Shown: in pieces, positions 9,801 to 19,267 of the stretch | Numbering within the stretch: the stretch's first letter is position 1 | Layout of the letters: each line of letters opens with the position of its first letter | Assembly: GCA_965198115.1 (NCBI GenBank) | Contig: OZ240241.1 | Location: 2,624,001 to 2,688,000, forward strand | DNA length: 64,000 nt | Source of the DNA: Candidatus Latescibacterota bacterium | GTDB lineage: Bacteria; Latescibacterota; UBA2968 | Direction of reading: 5' to 3' | Translations under genes and position numbers: made by a program | The notes under the pieces: model-generated | What the model saw: the letters and a program-made list of their open reading frames with translations, nothing else | Databases searched by the model: none | What the model was told of the DNA's origin: nothing

Positions 9801-11362
9801 GGTGAACGACTTGCCGTCGTAGCGGACGAGACCACCCGTCATTGAAGCGGTCCACAGATCGCCTGAACGATCCTGGTAGAGCTTGCTTCCGCTAACGCCG
9901 TGGATCCTGAACCTCTGCCCATCGAATTGGGTCAGCCCCGGCCAGGCCGCGAACCAGAGGTTGCCATCCCGATCCCGCAGCGACGAATAGACGGGGTTGC
10001 CTGGAAGGCCATCGGCCGTGGTGAAGGTCGTAAACGTCTGCCCGCTGTAGCGGCTCACGCCCCCGTTGGTGCCGAACCACAGGTGGCCTTCCCTGTCCTC
10101 GCAAATGGATAACACTCTGTTGTCAGCCAGCCCGTCTTTCGTGGTATAGGTGATCCAGACTTCCTCTCCGGATGGCGATTGGGTCAGTCTGCTTACGCCT
10201 TCCCAGGTGGCAAACCAGAGATCGCCGTATCGGTCCTGGAGAATCGATTCGATGTAGTCATCGGCAAGCCCGTCGTCAGTGGTGAGTGTCCGCCATGTCT
10301 GGCCATCGTAGACCGACACCCCGTTGCGCCGCGTCCCGAACCACAAGTTTCCATCCCGATCCTCGAGAATCGCTCTCACGCGGTTCTCCGCCAAACCGTC
10401 CTCGGTGCTGAAGGTCTCCCACGTGTGGCCATCATAGCGACTGACGCCGACGAGGCCCGGTTCATTGCTGAACCCATTCAGTCCAAACCAGAGATGCCCT
10501 CACGATCCTGATGGATCGCGGCGACCCTGCCACCCAAATCGTCCCTGGCGAACAAGGTCCAGGCGGTCTCTGGGGGTGCAGAAGCGTCGTAGCGTACCAC
10601 ACCTTCGAACACTGCCAGCCAAAGACCACCCTCGCGATCCACGTAAGCCCGATACGCCTCTGAGAAAATCTCGTTCGTGATGTGTGTCCAGGACTGACCG
10701 TCGTACCGGCTGATTCTGCGACCGTCAGGAATCCAGATATTGCCTTCGCGATCTTCCACGATGGAGAAGACGCTTGGATCGAGGACTTCCTTTTTCGTGT
10801 AGGTCGTGAAGGTCCGTCCGTCGTAGCGGCTTACGCCACCTCCCCAGGTCCCGAACCAGAGATGGCCTCTGCCGTCCTGGATGACCGCGCGCACCTCAAC
10901 CGTGGCCAGACCGTCCGCTGCATCGTAGTTCCGCCACAGACCGAGCCCCCGGCCCGCGGGTACGTCCTTCGCGGGCCCTGTCTCGATGAGCTGTCCCGTG
11001 CCGGCCGGGGACGAGTACTGATTGAAGTAGTATCGACGCCTGAGACCGACTTCGTTCAACTGTTCCACCCACTTCTGGTCGTCACGCAAAGTCCGACGTG
11101 CCCCCTCAATTTGGCCCGGGGAGTCGAACTCGAACAGGCGGCTGAACACGCTGTCCACCGACGCACGCATCGATCGCGTCGATTCGATCAGCCCGTTGCC
11201 TTTCAGGATGGGCAGCAGCTTTTCCTGGTAGGTCTTTGCGAAAGCTTCGTGCTGTTCAGCGGGAAGCAGGAAAGAAAGACGGGCTAGGGACGGCTCGCTG
11301 GCAGATAGAGGAATCGAGAATTGAAGAGCGAGAATCGAGAATGTGAGGAGGCGCTTGATCAT
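6898..11362 (-). CDS. Large sensor histidine kinase: signal peptide, Reg_prop beta-propeller repeats, Y_Y_Y domain, TM helix, GAF-like region, HisKA and HATPase_c (two frameshifts, ~10497 and ~8821)
   Basis: ORFs 10478..11494, 8772..10394 and 6898..8778 join if one base is restored at each site (DREG-HLWFG; HLP-YERYALWTGLG). Many EDRDGNLWFGT repeats, YRYRLKGYD...VEYQNLPHGDYVFEV, H-box MSHELRTPMN, NLLSNAVKFT, DTGKGI and GTGLGL. Confidence 0.85.
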
Positions 11363-11629
11363 TGGCTTCAGATGAGAGTCGGGAAGACATCTCCCAAGGT
11401 CTTTCAAATGGCTTGAGGCGAACATCCTTTCAGCGAGGGTAGGAAACTGAAAGTTCTTTGTAGGTCTGAGACGGTCGCCACGGTAGCAACTCATTGTTTT
11501 TCAGCCCATTCTGACGTGCCCCAATTCACGGCACGTCGTTTTGCCTCGAAATTGGGTCGTCCGGTCCCATCAACTTGAAATGCACCGGGTGAGCTACCTT
11601 GTTCTCCTCCTTTTGAAGGAGAACATAAG

Positions 11630-11824
11630 CTACAAATAATGTTCAGGACATACGTAATAATATTTATGAAACCATGCACTTAGTTCAGGGAATCGGTTCC
11701 ATCGCCACGGCTCCAGGAAAGGATCGGGATGGACCGGGGTGTAGGGCGTGGCGGCCGAAACCGATGAGGCCGTGAATGCACAGTGCAAAATGAAAAATGC
11801 AAAGTTGAGGAGGTGTCGCGTCAT
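11630..11824 (-). pseudogene. Truncated 5' fragment of a secreted protein (signal peptide plus TPYTPVHPDPFLEPWRW), interrupted by an AT-rich insert
   Basis: A plausible signal peptide and mature start are followed by an abrupt switch to AT-rich sequence at ~11678 and a stop. Confidence 0.45.
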
Positions 11825-11994
11825 CAGCTATACCCTGGTTAAATCAGTGGTGCGTGGTGCAACCAAGATAGCGACCAGCCTTCGCTCGAAAAAGCCTGAG
11901 CTACGGCGGGCAAGGTGTCGAGGAACCGTGGGCAAGTGAGGGTGGCTGGGCGAGGGCGGGCGGGGCAAAGCCCTTGGCTGCTGGATATGAGCTT

Positions 11995-12370
11995 TGAGAT
12001 CTCTCATCCGTGGCTCGGGGCCTGCGGCGCGAGACGGATTCGAGATGACAGGCTGGCGTTGGCTCAAGGCAACCATCGCCCGTCTGGGCGCCCGTCTGTC
12101 ATTTCGACGTGGGCTGGTAAGACTCCCCAAGTCCCACCCATCTCATTCGTGCCTTCGCGTCTTCGCGCCTTCGTGTTCCTCATCCCCGGTCTACTTTTTC
12201 CACCGTACCTATTCCCCGAATAGGGCCTCGATTCCCAGGCAGCCATTCCCGTTCGTGTATTTCGTGTGAGCCTGCCCTGAGCGAAGTCGAAGGGTGGTTC
12301 TGGTTTTGACTTCCGTCCGTGTGTTCCGTGTATTCCGTGGTCTCTGGTTCTTTCGTGTTTTTCGTGGTTC
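11995..12370. repeat. Intergenic cluster of REP-like elements and short tandem repeats
   Basis: GAGATCTCTC...TTCGAGATGACA / TGTCATTTCGA elements; 8-mers TTCGTGCC TTCGCGTC TTCGCGCC TTCGTGTT (12146-12177); direct-repeat copy 2 (12213-12232); 9-mers (12252-12266, 12315-12368); GAGCCTGCCCTGAGCGAAGTCGAAGGG (12268-12294). Confidence 0.75.
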
Positions 12371-12394
12371 CGCTTTTCGGTGTACCTTGACCCT

Positions 12395-13207
12395 ATGCCC
12401 AACACCCTACGCATCCTCGTTTTTGGCGCCCACCCCGACGACTGTGACATCAAAGCCGGCGGGATCGCCATCAAGTACGCCGCCCTTGAGCACAACGTCC
12501 GCTTTGTGTCCGTCACGAACGGCGACGCGGGTCACCACGAGATCGGCGGCATCCAGCTTGCGCAACGCCGACGTGCAGAAGCGCAAGCGGCAGGAGCCGT
12601 CGCCGGAATCGAATACCACGTGATGGACAGTCACGACGGCGAGCTCGAACCCTCGCTCGACGTCCGCAAACGCATCATCCGAATGATCAGGAGCTTCACC
12701 CCCGACCTGATCCTCACGCATCGTCCCAACGACTACCATCCCGACCATCGCTATACATCGATCCTGGTCCAGGACTCGGCCTATATGGTCACCGTTCCCA
12801 ACATCTGCACCGATACACCCGCCCTTTCCTACAACCCGGTCATCGTCTACCTCAGCGACACGTTCACGAGGCCCTACCCCTTCGCCCCGACGCTCGCCAT
12901 CGACATCGACGACGTCGTGGAGAAGAAGCTCGATATGCTGCACTGCCACGCGTCGCAGATGTACGAGTGGCTGCCCTACAACTCGGGCAGGCTCGACGAG
13001 GTTCCTGAAGGCAATGCGGAGAGACGAAAGTGGCTGGAGCATCGGTTGGAGCGCTTCAGAAGCGTGGCCGATGCGTCCCGTGATCAGCTCGTGGAACGAT
13101 ACGGTGAGGAAAGAGGTGGGAAGGTGGAGTACGCGGAGGCGTTCGAGATGAGTGAGTATGGCGGGACGGCGTCAGAAGAGCGTATGGGGCAGTTGTTTCC
13201 GTTTTAA
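12395..13207 (+). CDS. PIG-L/LmbE family N-acetylglucosaminyl deacetylase
   Basis: Metal-binding motifs GAHPDD and DYHPDHR, plus VTNGDAG and EAFE. Confidence 0.9.
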   Translation: MPNTLRILVFGAHPDDCDIKAGGIAIKYAALEHNVRFVSVTNGDAGHHEIGGIQLAQRRRAEAQAAGAVAGIEYHVMDSHDGELEPSLDVRKRIIRMIRSFTPDLILTHRPNDYHPDHRYTSILVQDSAYMVTVPNICTDTPALSYNPVIVYLSDTFTRPYPFAPTLAIDIDDVVEKKLDMLHCHASQMYEWLPYNSGRLDEVPEGNAERRKWLEHRLERFRSVADASRDQLVERYGEERGGKVEYAEAFEMSEYGGTASEERMGQLFPF

Positions 13208-13243
13208 GTGCGAAGCCCGCTGAAGCGAGCTGGTGGCAATTGG

Positions 13244-13335
13244 TTGTCATCCCGGCAGTGTGTTGAGCCGGGATCCATTCTGACTTTCGCGTAAGTCAAA
13301 ATGGGCCTCGGCTAAAAAGCGTACCGAGGTGACAA
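13244..13335. repeat. About 92-bp palindromic REP/MITE-like element between convergent genes
   Basis: Terminal inverted arms TTGTCATCCCGG...CCGAGGTGACAA with an internal palindrome CCATTCTGACT...AGTCAAAATGG. Confidence 0.65.
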
Positions 13336-13430
13336 TCCTTCGCGATGGCAGGTTCTTGCCACTGCAATAAGAAATGCGTTACGCTCGCCCTTTTTCTCCG
13401 CACGAGGGCGCACTGATCTCAACGCGATCT

Positions 13431-15122
13431 TCAGAACGTGCTGATCAATCGCACGTGGACCTTCCCTCTGGACGGCGCGTCATCCTTGCTGAGGGCGTAT
13501 TCGACGCGCACGTCTCCCGAACGTACCGTCGACTGAATACCGACGCCGTAACCGAGGAGCGAGAACCAATCGCCATCCGTGCCTCGCAGCATCCCCGCAT
13601 CCGAGAAAGCGAATACGCGCGCACGCGGACCCATCAGCTTGCGCCATTCGAGTCTCGCCCATCCGGCCGCATCTGCCAGGAACTGTTCCTCGACATATCC
13701 CCGAATCGATTGCGCCCCACCCAGCCGCCACCAGGCGTCGGCCGTCGGGCCGCCTCGCTGCCAGACGCCACGCCCGTGCAGTGAAATCATCACGACGTGC
13801 TGTCCACCCACGGGATGTAGAGCCATCCCGTCCACGTTCGCTCGCAGGCGATCCGTCCGCGTAAGACCCGCCGATTCGCTCCAACGATCCCAGCTCAACA
13901 TCGTATCGAACCGGTAGCCCCTTCGTGGATGCCATTCGTTGTCCACGCGGTCCAGTCCGATTCCCATCGAAGTCACCCAGGCAGATCGATCGTCAATCAC
14001 GCCCAATCCCAGACTGTCGGGTCGTACGGCAGCTCGACCGCCACTCACAGAGACACGCATACCCGGAACAGGATGGTATCGCAGCCCCCCCTCGAAGCGG
14101 GACTCGGCATAGCCAGTTCGCTCACCCATCGCCACCATCACCGTCGCATCGAGCGGAAGATCCGCCAGGTAGGGCTCCCGGTAGTGAAACCGCAGATCCG
14201 AGGATAGCGGATCGGGGCGCTGCCAGTGCAAGCTCAGCTGACGCCCGGTCCCCAGCAGGTTCAGCGCTTCCGCATTCACGAGGCCGGAAACGCGATGTCC
14301 CCGGTTCGACCCCGGGAGCAGACCGAGGACGCCCTCGATCCGCGTCGACGGCATCTCCTCAACGTGAAAGTGCAGCCAGTAGCGTCCCGTCCGGACATCC
14401 TGCTCGAGCTCGGCGTCCTCGACCGAGGCGAGATAGGGAAGTCCCCGCAACGCACGCGTCGCCCCATCCACCGCGCGCCGATCGTAGGGATCGCCGATCT
14501 TCAACCCCGTTGTCCGTTGGAGGACGCGTCGATTCGTGCCTGCCAGACCCGAGAAGCGAATGCCGTCGATCGTCACGCGTGGACCCGGATCGACCGTGAG
14601 TTCGACCCGTGCGGTGGGAGATTCTCTTCCGATTGAGACGGCGGGATGGATCGAAGCGTAGGGATATCCGCCGCGCTCGAACAGACGCAGCAGGTTCTCC
14701 AAGTCCGCGTGGAGGTCCTCCGCCACGAGCACCGACCCACGGCGCACCGACAGGTGTGAGCGTGCCAAGGCCGCAGGAAACACGGTCTGGCCCGTAACAA
14801 TCACCGAATCGACGACAGTGGGATCGCCCTCTTCCACGAAGAACCGTAAGATCCCCTCGCCGTCCGGTCCGTCGACTCGCACACGCGTGTGCCAGTAGCC
14901 CTCGTCCTCGTACCGCGACAGCACGCGACGGGCGTCGTCCGCCACCGTTTTCGTTCGGATCGGGCGGCCGGGGCGCGTGACCATCCACGACATCACCTCA
15001 TCGGGACCGAACCGCCGCGTCCCCTCGACGCTCACGCGCTCGACGTGAGTCGCTTCTGGCATCTCGGCGGCGATAGCTGCCGATGCCAAGAGGGTGATGA
15101 GTAACGTCACGAGAAAACGCAT
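13431..15122 (-). CDS. Omp85/BamA-TamA family outer membrane protein with POTRA domains
   Basis: Signal peptide MRFLVTLLITLLASAAIA, about three POTRA-like repeats (YEDEGYW, FERGGYPYA), NLLGTG, lid-loop SIRGY and C-terminal Phe. Confidence 0.85.
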   Translation of the reverse strand: MRFLVTLLITLLASAAIAAEMPEATHVERVSVEGTRRFGPDEVMSWMVTRPGRPIRTKTVADDARRVLSRYEDEGYWHTRVRVDGPDGEGILRFFVEEGDPTVVDSVIVTGQTVFPAALARSHLSVRRGSVLVAEDLHADLENLLRLFERGGYPYASIHPAVSIGRESPTARVELTVDPGPRVTIDGIRFSGLAGTNRRVLQRTTGLKIGDPYDRRAVDGATRALRGLPYLASVEDAELEQDVRTGRYWLHFHVEEMPSTRIEGVLGLLPGSNRGHRVSGLVNAEALNLLGTGRQLSLHWQRPDPLSSDLRFHYREPYLADLPLDATVMVAMGERTGYAESRFEGGLRYHPVPGMRVSVSGGRAAVRPDSLGLGVIDDRSAWVTSMGIGLDRVDNEWHPRRGYRFDTMLSWDRWSESAGLTRTDRLRANVDGMALHPVGGQHVVMISLHGRGVWQRGGPTADAWWRLGGAQSIRGYVEEQFLADAAGWARLEWRKLMGPRARVFAFSDAGMLRGTDGDWFSLLGYGVGIQSTVRSGDVRVEYALSKDDAPSRGKVHVRLISTF

Positions 15123-15215
15123 TCGAGTTTCCCAGGAGTTCTGTACCCGTCCACAGGGTGAACCTGCTTCCCTGACCTCTGAGCTCTGACCTCTCTGGTG
15201 CGGCCGAACGCCCAT

Positions 15216-18200
15216 CTAGAACGAAGCCCTCATCTCCATCCGGCCGAAATGCAGGAGCGGTCGCTCAGGACGGAGCCGGCCATCGTAGGACGCATAGGCC
15301 GTCAGATACGACGAGAGGCGGTAGTCGAATCCCATCCGCCAATCGAGGTTGTTTCCACGCCGGTTGCCATCTGCCAGACCCAGAAACAAGGGCAAGACCT
15401 CGCCGGCCTCGACGTGCGTCCACCCCGCCCGTCCCGTAAGACGACCCCGGCCGGCCAACGGCTTTCGGAACTCCGGACCCACTGACAGCCGATCGGCTTC
15501 GATCGCTCGGGTCGACTCGACGTCCTTCCCCACAGTCATCGAGAGACCCGTCTGCCAACCGGACGTCAGCCGCATCAGGCCCCGTACGCGGAGCGTTCGC
15601 GAACGGATCACGTGGGCGAACGGTCCTTCACCCATTCGCAACCGCCGCTCGCCTTCCGCGTAAGTTTCAAGGTCGAACCGCCGACCGAATCGGAACCGGC
15701 CTTCCAACCGGCGGTGCAGCCGCTCGGATCGGCCGTCGTCCGACAACGCACGATCCAACCGATGCTCTCTCCGTTCATCCAGACGGAAAGAGGCCACACG
15801 GCTCCGCCGGAACAGGTGGAACGTCGAACGGACCTCTCGGCGCGCAGCCCACACCGCATCGTCGTCCCGGAACAGGCCGAGCGACCAGGGCGCGAGTCCC
15901 CCGTCGCCCGTCATCTGCCGACGCGACTCGATCGCACCTTCGTAGGCGATCATCGACGCCCATCGAGCAAGACCCTCGGCGTTGCGCCAAACCCGCGCCG
16001 GATCGATCGTCACACGCGCGCCGACGGTCGCCTCTCGCACCCGCTTCAGCGGAACCGCGAGAGAAGCATCGGGCAAAGCAAGCTCGTAGTCCCCTCCCCG
16101 ATCGAACACGAACTCCTCGGCGTCCTGCTCGCCATCGCCGTCCACGTCTTCCCACAGGTAGGAGCCACGTCCAGGCCCCACGAACTCATATGCGGCGTCC
16201 GCGGGGTTGACCCCTGTCGTGGCGATCCTGTAGGTCAGCTGCTGTGATACGGCGCCTCCCGCCGGTGTGTAGCCCAGACGCACCCTCCCCACGTCCGACG
16301 TCGACGTCCCCTGCCGCACGTCCCGGCGCCACGTTCGACCGACTTCGGCCGTCGCGTTCAAACCCGAGCGCGTACCGATCACCGCCCGATGATGGTGCGC
16401 CACGGTCGTCGTACTGTCCCGCCAGGCATCCACCCACTGGTCGATCCGGGTCACCGTCATCGTCGAAGTCAACGACCGTCGCGCGGATCCCACGACCATC
16501 TCGAGCCGTCCATCGCGACGTCGTATCCCTTCCGGTAATGCCCGCCCGAATCCGGCATAGAACAAGGAGGACGAGCCCACCGACGTGCCCCGCCCGGTTT
16601 CATCCCGCAGCGTCATCGACGGGCGAAACACGCCTGCCCGTCGCTCGACTTCCAGCGTATGGACGGCCAGCGACCCGCCTTCCTGCGTCAACCGCGATAC
16701 GGCCGCCTTGCCCGTGACCTCCGATCCACGATCGAACGAAGCAGACGCGGCCAAGCGCTGCGCGGAGGCCAGACCCGAACGACGACCGAAGCCGAATCGC
16801 AAACCGAGACCCGATACGTCCGCATAGTGTGCGCCCACCTCCGCTACCCGGCCGGTCAACAGATCGGATTCGGGCCGCCATCCCCATCGCCCCTCCTCGT
16901 TCACCCGTGTCACACGGTCCATCGCATCGAACGACTCGCCAATATCCTGGTAATTCGCCGACAGCCGGACGGCCCCCCTTCTCCCGAGAGGCTGTGACTC
17001 CGTCGAAACGCCCAGTCTCACAGCCCGACCGTTCCGGGCATCCGACCCGGCTCGGCTTCCACTCAACCCGACCTCGCCCGCGAGTCGGAAGCCGTGAACG
17101 GACGTCGCGGCATCGACGGCCAACACCTGGCGTGGGCCACCTCCCTCCTCGGCCACACCGGCCTCACGGAGGAACGTGGTGCCGATCCGCCCATCGGGAC
17201 CGAATTCCCGCCCGCCCTGGAAACCGAGCAATCGGCCCCGATCCTGCGGGTTCAGCGTCTGGACGTCGACCGTGATCTGACTTTCGCCCACGATCGGTTG
17301 ACTCGCCGTGAAGGTGATCTGTCCGCGATCGTAATCGATCACGTAGTCCTGTCCTTCACCCCGACGGAGGCGTCGGCCGTCGACATACACACGCTCCGAC
17401 CCTCCGGCCAATTCTCGCGACGTCGAGCCCACCCGGTAGGGCCCCTGATAGCCGTGGATGGCCGCGATTCTGCGCGACACGCGCCGGCCTCGCGCAACAG
17501 CGCCGAATCCCTCGAACCGGTAGCCGGCGTGTTCGCCCGTTACCTGGACGCCCTGCAAGCGGCGGCGGTATCTCCCGAACGTCGAACCATCGAAATCGAC
17601 CTCGAGATCGCCCACACCCGCGCTGGCGGTCGGCGACGTGACCCTGAACAGCACGCGATCGAGCTCGTCCAAACCCCGCGTCTGTCCTCCGGATCGCAAC
17701 GGAAGGTTGCGATCCGTCAGCAGCGCCTGCAGTTCGATTCCTTCCGCCAGTTCCCCTGCCATTTCCAGCCGCAGCGATTGCGTCACCGTTTGCGAGGATC
17801 CAACCTCGACCTGCAGGCGCTTGACGCCGCCGATCCGCAACCGTGCCGCATCGGTAGCAGATCGCCCGGGGGAAGGTGTGACGGTGGAAGATGAGACCCT
17901 GATCCGTCTGCCTGGCCCAGAGGCCACGATGCGCTCGCTCACTTCGGAGATCTGTCTGACACGGTAAACGCGTGTCGGAAGAACGTCGGGTTCTCGACGA
18001 CCTCGAAACACGATCCGACTCCCTCGCGGGGGTGGACTGTAAAACGTCACACTACCGGACGCATCGTTCACCGCGTAGTCGACGTCGCGGATCGCGCGCG
18101 CCCCGTCGACCCATAGCAGGCCGGAGCCTTCAAACACGGGCTGGTCCGAAACTCGAAACGGACCGGGGCTGCCGTCTGCTTCGAAAGCGAATTCGAAATC

Positions 18201-18299
18201 GAAAGACGAGAACCTCAGAGAAAGCGGCTCACCCGCAGCGTGTGAGAAGAAGATGATCGGGACCAAAAAAAAGGGGAGAATGCGACTCAGAGTCGCCAT
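15216..18299 (-). CDS. Large putative outer-membrane beta-barrel protein (conserved hypothetical)
   Basis: Signal peptide, GSERVYVDG...DYVIDYDRGQITF motif (with a related copy near the N-terminus), amphipathic beta-strands and C-terminal MEMRASF. Alternative GTG start at 18335. Confidence 0.7.
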   Translation of the reverse strand: MATLSRILPFFLVPIIFFSHAAGEPLSLRFSSFDFEFAFEADGSPGPFRVSDQPVFEGSGLLWVDGARAIRDVDYAVNDASGSVTFYSPPPRGSRIVFRGRREPDVLPTRVYRVRQISEVSERIVASGPGRRIRVSSSTVTPSPGRSATDAARLRIGGVKRLQVEVGSSQTVTQSLRLEMAGELAEGIELQALLTDRNLPLRSGGQTRGLDELDRVLFRVTSPTASAGVGDLEVDFDGSTFGRYRRRLQGVQVTGEHAGYRFEGFGAVARGRRVSRRIAAIHGYQGPYRVGSTSRELAGGSERVYVDGRRLRRGEGQDYVIDYDRGQITFTASQPIVGESQITVDVQTLNPQDRGRLLGFQGGREFGPDGRIGTTFLREAGVAEEGGGPRQVLAVDAATSVHGFRLAGEVGLSGSRAGSDARNGRAVRLGVSTESQPLGRRGAVRLSANYQDIGESFDAMDRVTRVNEEGRWGWRPESDLLTGRVAEVGAHYADVSGLGLRFGFGRRSGLASAQRLAASASFDRGSEVTGKAAVSRLTQEGGSLAVHTLEVERRAGVFRPSMTLRDETGRGTSVGSSSLFYAGFGRALPEGIRRRDGRLEMVVGSARRSLTSTMTVTRIDQWVDAWRDSTTTVAHHHRAVIGTRSGLNATAEVGRTWRRDVRQGTSTSDVGRVRLGYTPAGGAVSQQLTYRIATTGVNPADAAYEFVGPGRGSYLWEDVDGDGEQDAEEFVFDRGGDYELALPDASLAVPLKRVREATVGARVTIDPARVWRNAEGLARWASMIAYEGAIESRRQMTGDGGLAPWSLGLFRDDDAVWAARREVRSTFHLFRRSRVASFRLDERREHRLDRALSDDGRSERLHRRLEGRFRFGRRFDLETYAEGERRLRMGEGPFAHVIRSRTLRVRGLMRLTSGWQTGLSMTVGKDVESTRAIEADRLSVGPEFRKPLAGRGRLTGRAGWTHVEAGEVLPLFLGLADGNRRGNNLDWRMGFDYRLSSYLTAYASYDGRLRPERPLLHFGRMEMRASF

Positions 18300-18331
18300 C
18301 CTCCCGGTGGGCCAGCGGTGCAGATCGGTCG

Positions 18332-19267
18332 TCACTTGCGCAACACCATCACTTTGTAAATGACCACACGGTGATTACCCGAGTCGACGATGGCCAGATT
18401 TTCGTCATCGAACAGAGCGAGCCCTCGCGGTGTGTCGAAGCCTTCTCCGCCTTCCCCGGGCCGGGGGCCACCCGACCGGCCGACGACCCCGCCCGTGGCC
18501 AGGTCGAACGCCACGATCCGGTGGTTCCCCGTGTCCGACACGAACAGGACCCCCTTCGGGCCGAACACCACGCCGGAGGGCGTGTCCAGGACCTCCTCGC
18601 CGAACGCCCGATCGTAGTTGCCGAAACGATCAAAAAGGACGACCCGGTCGTTTCCCGTATCGCATACCGCGACCCGATCGTCCGAGGACACATCGATCGA
18701 CGTGGGCGCCCGAAGATCTCCAGCTCCATACCCGTAGCCACCGAACGATCGATCCGTCCGACTGAAGCTGCTAACCTGCACCACCTGGTCCAGATCCTGG
18801 TCGGTCACGTAGAGCTCGCCTTCACGCGAACCGGCGATACCACCCGGTCGCCCCAAACGCACGGCCCCCTCGACGTCCCGCCCCCCGACGGTTGCGAGTG
18901 TTCGAAGACGGGAGCTCAACACGACGAACCGCTGATTCTCACTGTCCGCCACGAACAACTCGAGCCCGATGGCCGCGATCCCAATCGGGCGGTTGAACTG
19001 CCCTTCCTCCCATCCGAAACCGCCGAGCTCTGACAGGTAGGCGCCGTCGTCGTCGAACTTGACCACACGATCGTTTCCCGTGTCGGCCACGTAAACGTGC
19101 CCGGTCGCATCGAAGACCAGATCGTGCGGCGACAGCAGCTCGCCCACGCCGCTCCCCTTTTGTCCGAACGCGCTCGAGTAACGTAGGGCGACGTGGACCG
19201 ACGACACTTGGTCGTCGCCACGCGCTTCCCCCATCCACAGGGCGGCCAGCAAACCAATCAGGATCAC
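18332..19267 (-). CDS. Secreted NHL-repeat beta-propeller protein
   Basis: Six NHL-like repeats (VYVADTGNDRVVKF, FVSDTGNHRI, VDSGNHRV). The GTG start overlaps the dapL stop. Confidence 0.85.
   Translation of the reverse strand: MILIGLLAALWMGEARGDDQVSSVHVALRYSSAFGQKGSGVGELLSPHDLVFDATGHVYVADTGNDRVVKFDDDGAYLSELGGFGWEEGQFNRPIGIAAIGLELFVADSENQRFVVLSSRLRTLATVGGRDVEGAVRLGRPGGIAGSREGELYVTDQDLDQVVQVSSFSRTDRSFGGYGYGAGDLRAPTSIDVSSDDRVAVCDTGNDRVVLFDRFGNYDRAFGEEVLDTPSGVVFGPKGVLFVSDTGNHRIVAFDLATGGVVGRSGGPRPGEGGEGFDTPRGLALFDDENLAIVDSGNHRVVIYKVMVLRK

Noticed and set aside
11455-11500. ELLPW peptide resembling an IS66 transposase C-terminus
   Set aside because: Only five residues in a short stop-bounded frame, with no IS ends seen.
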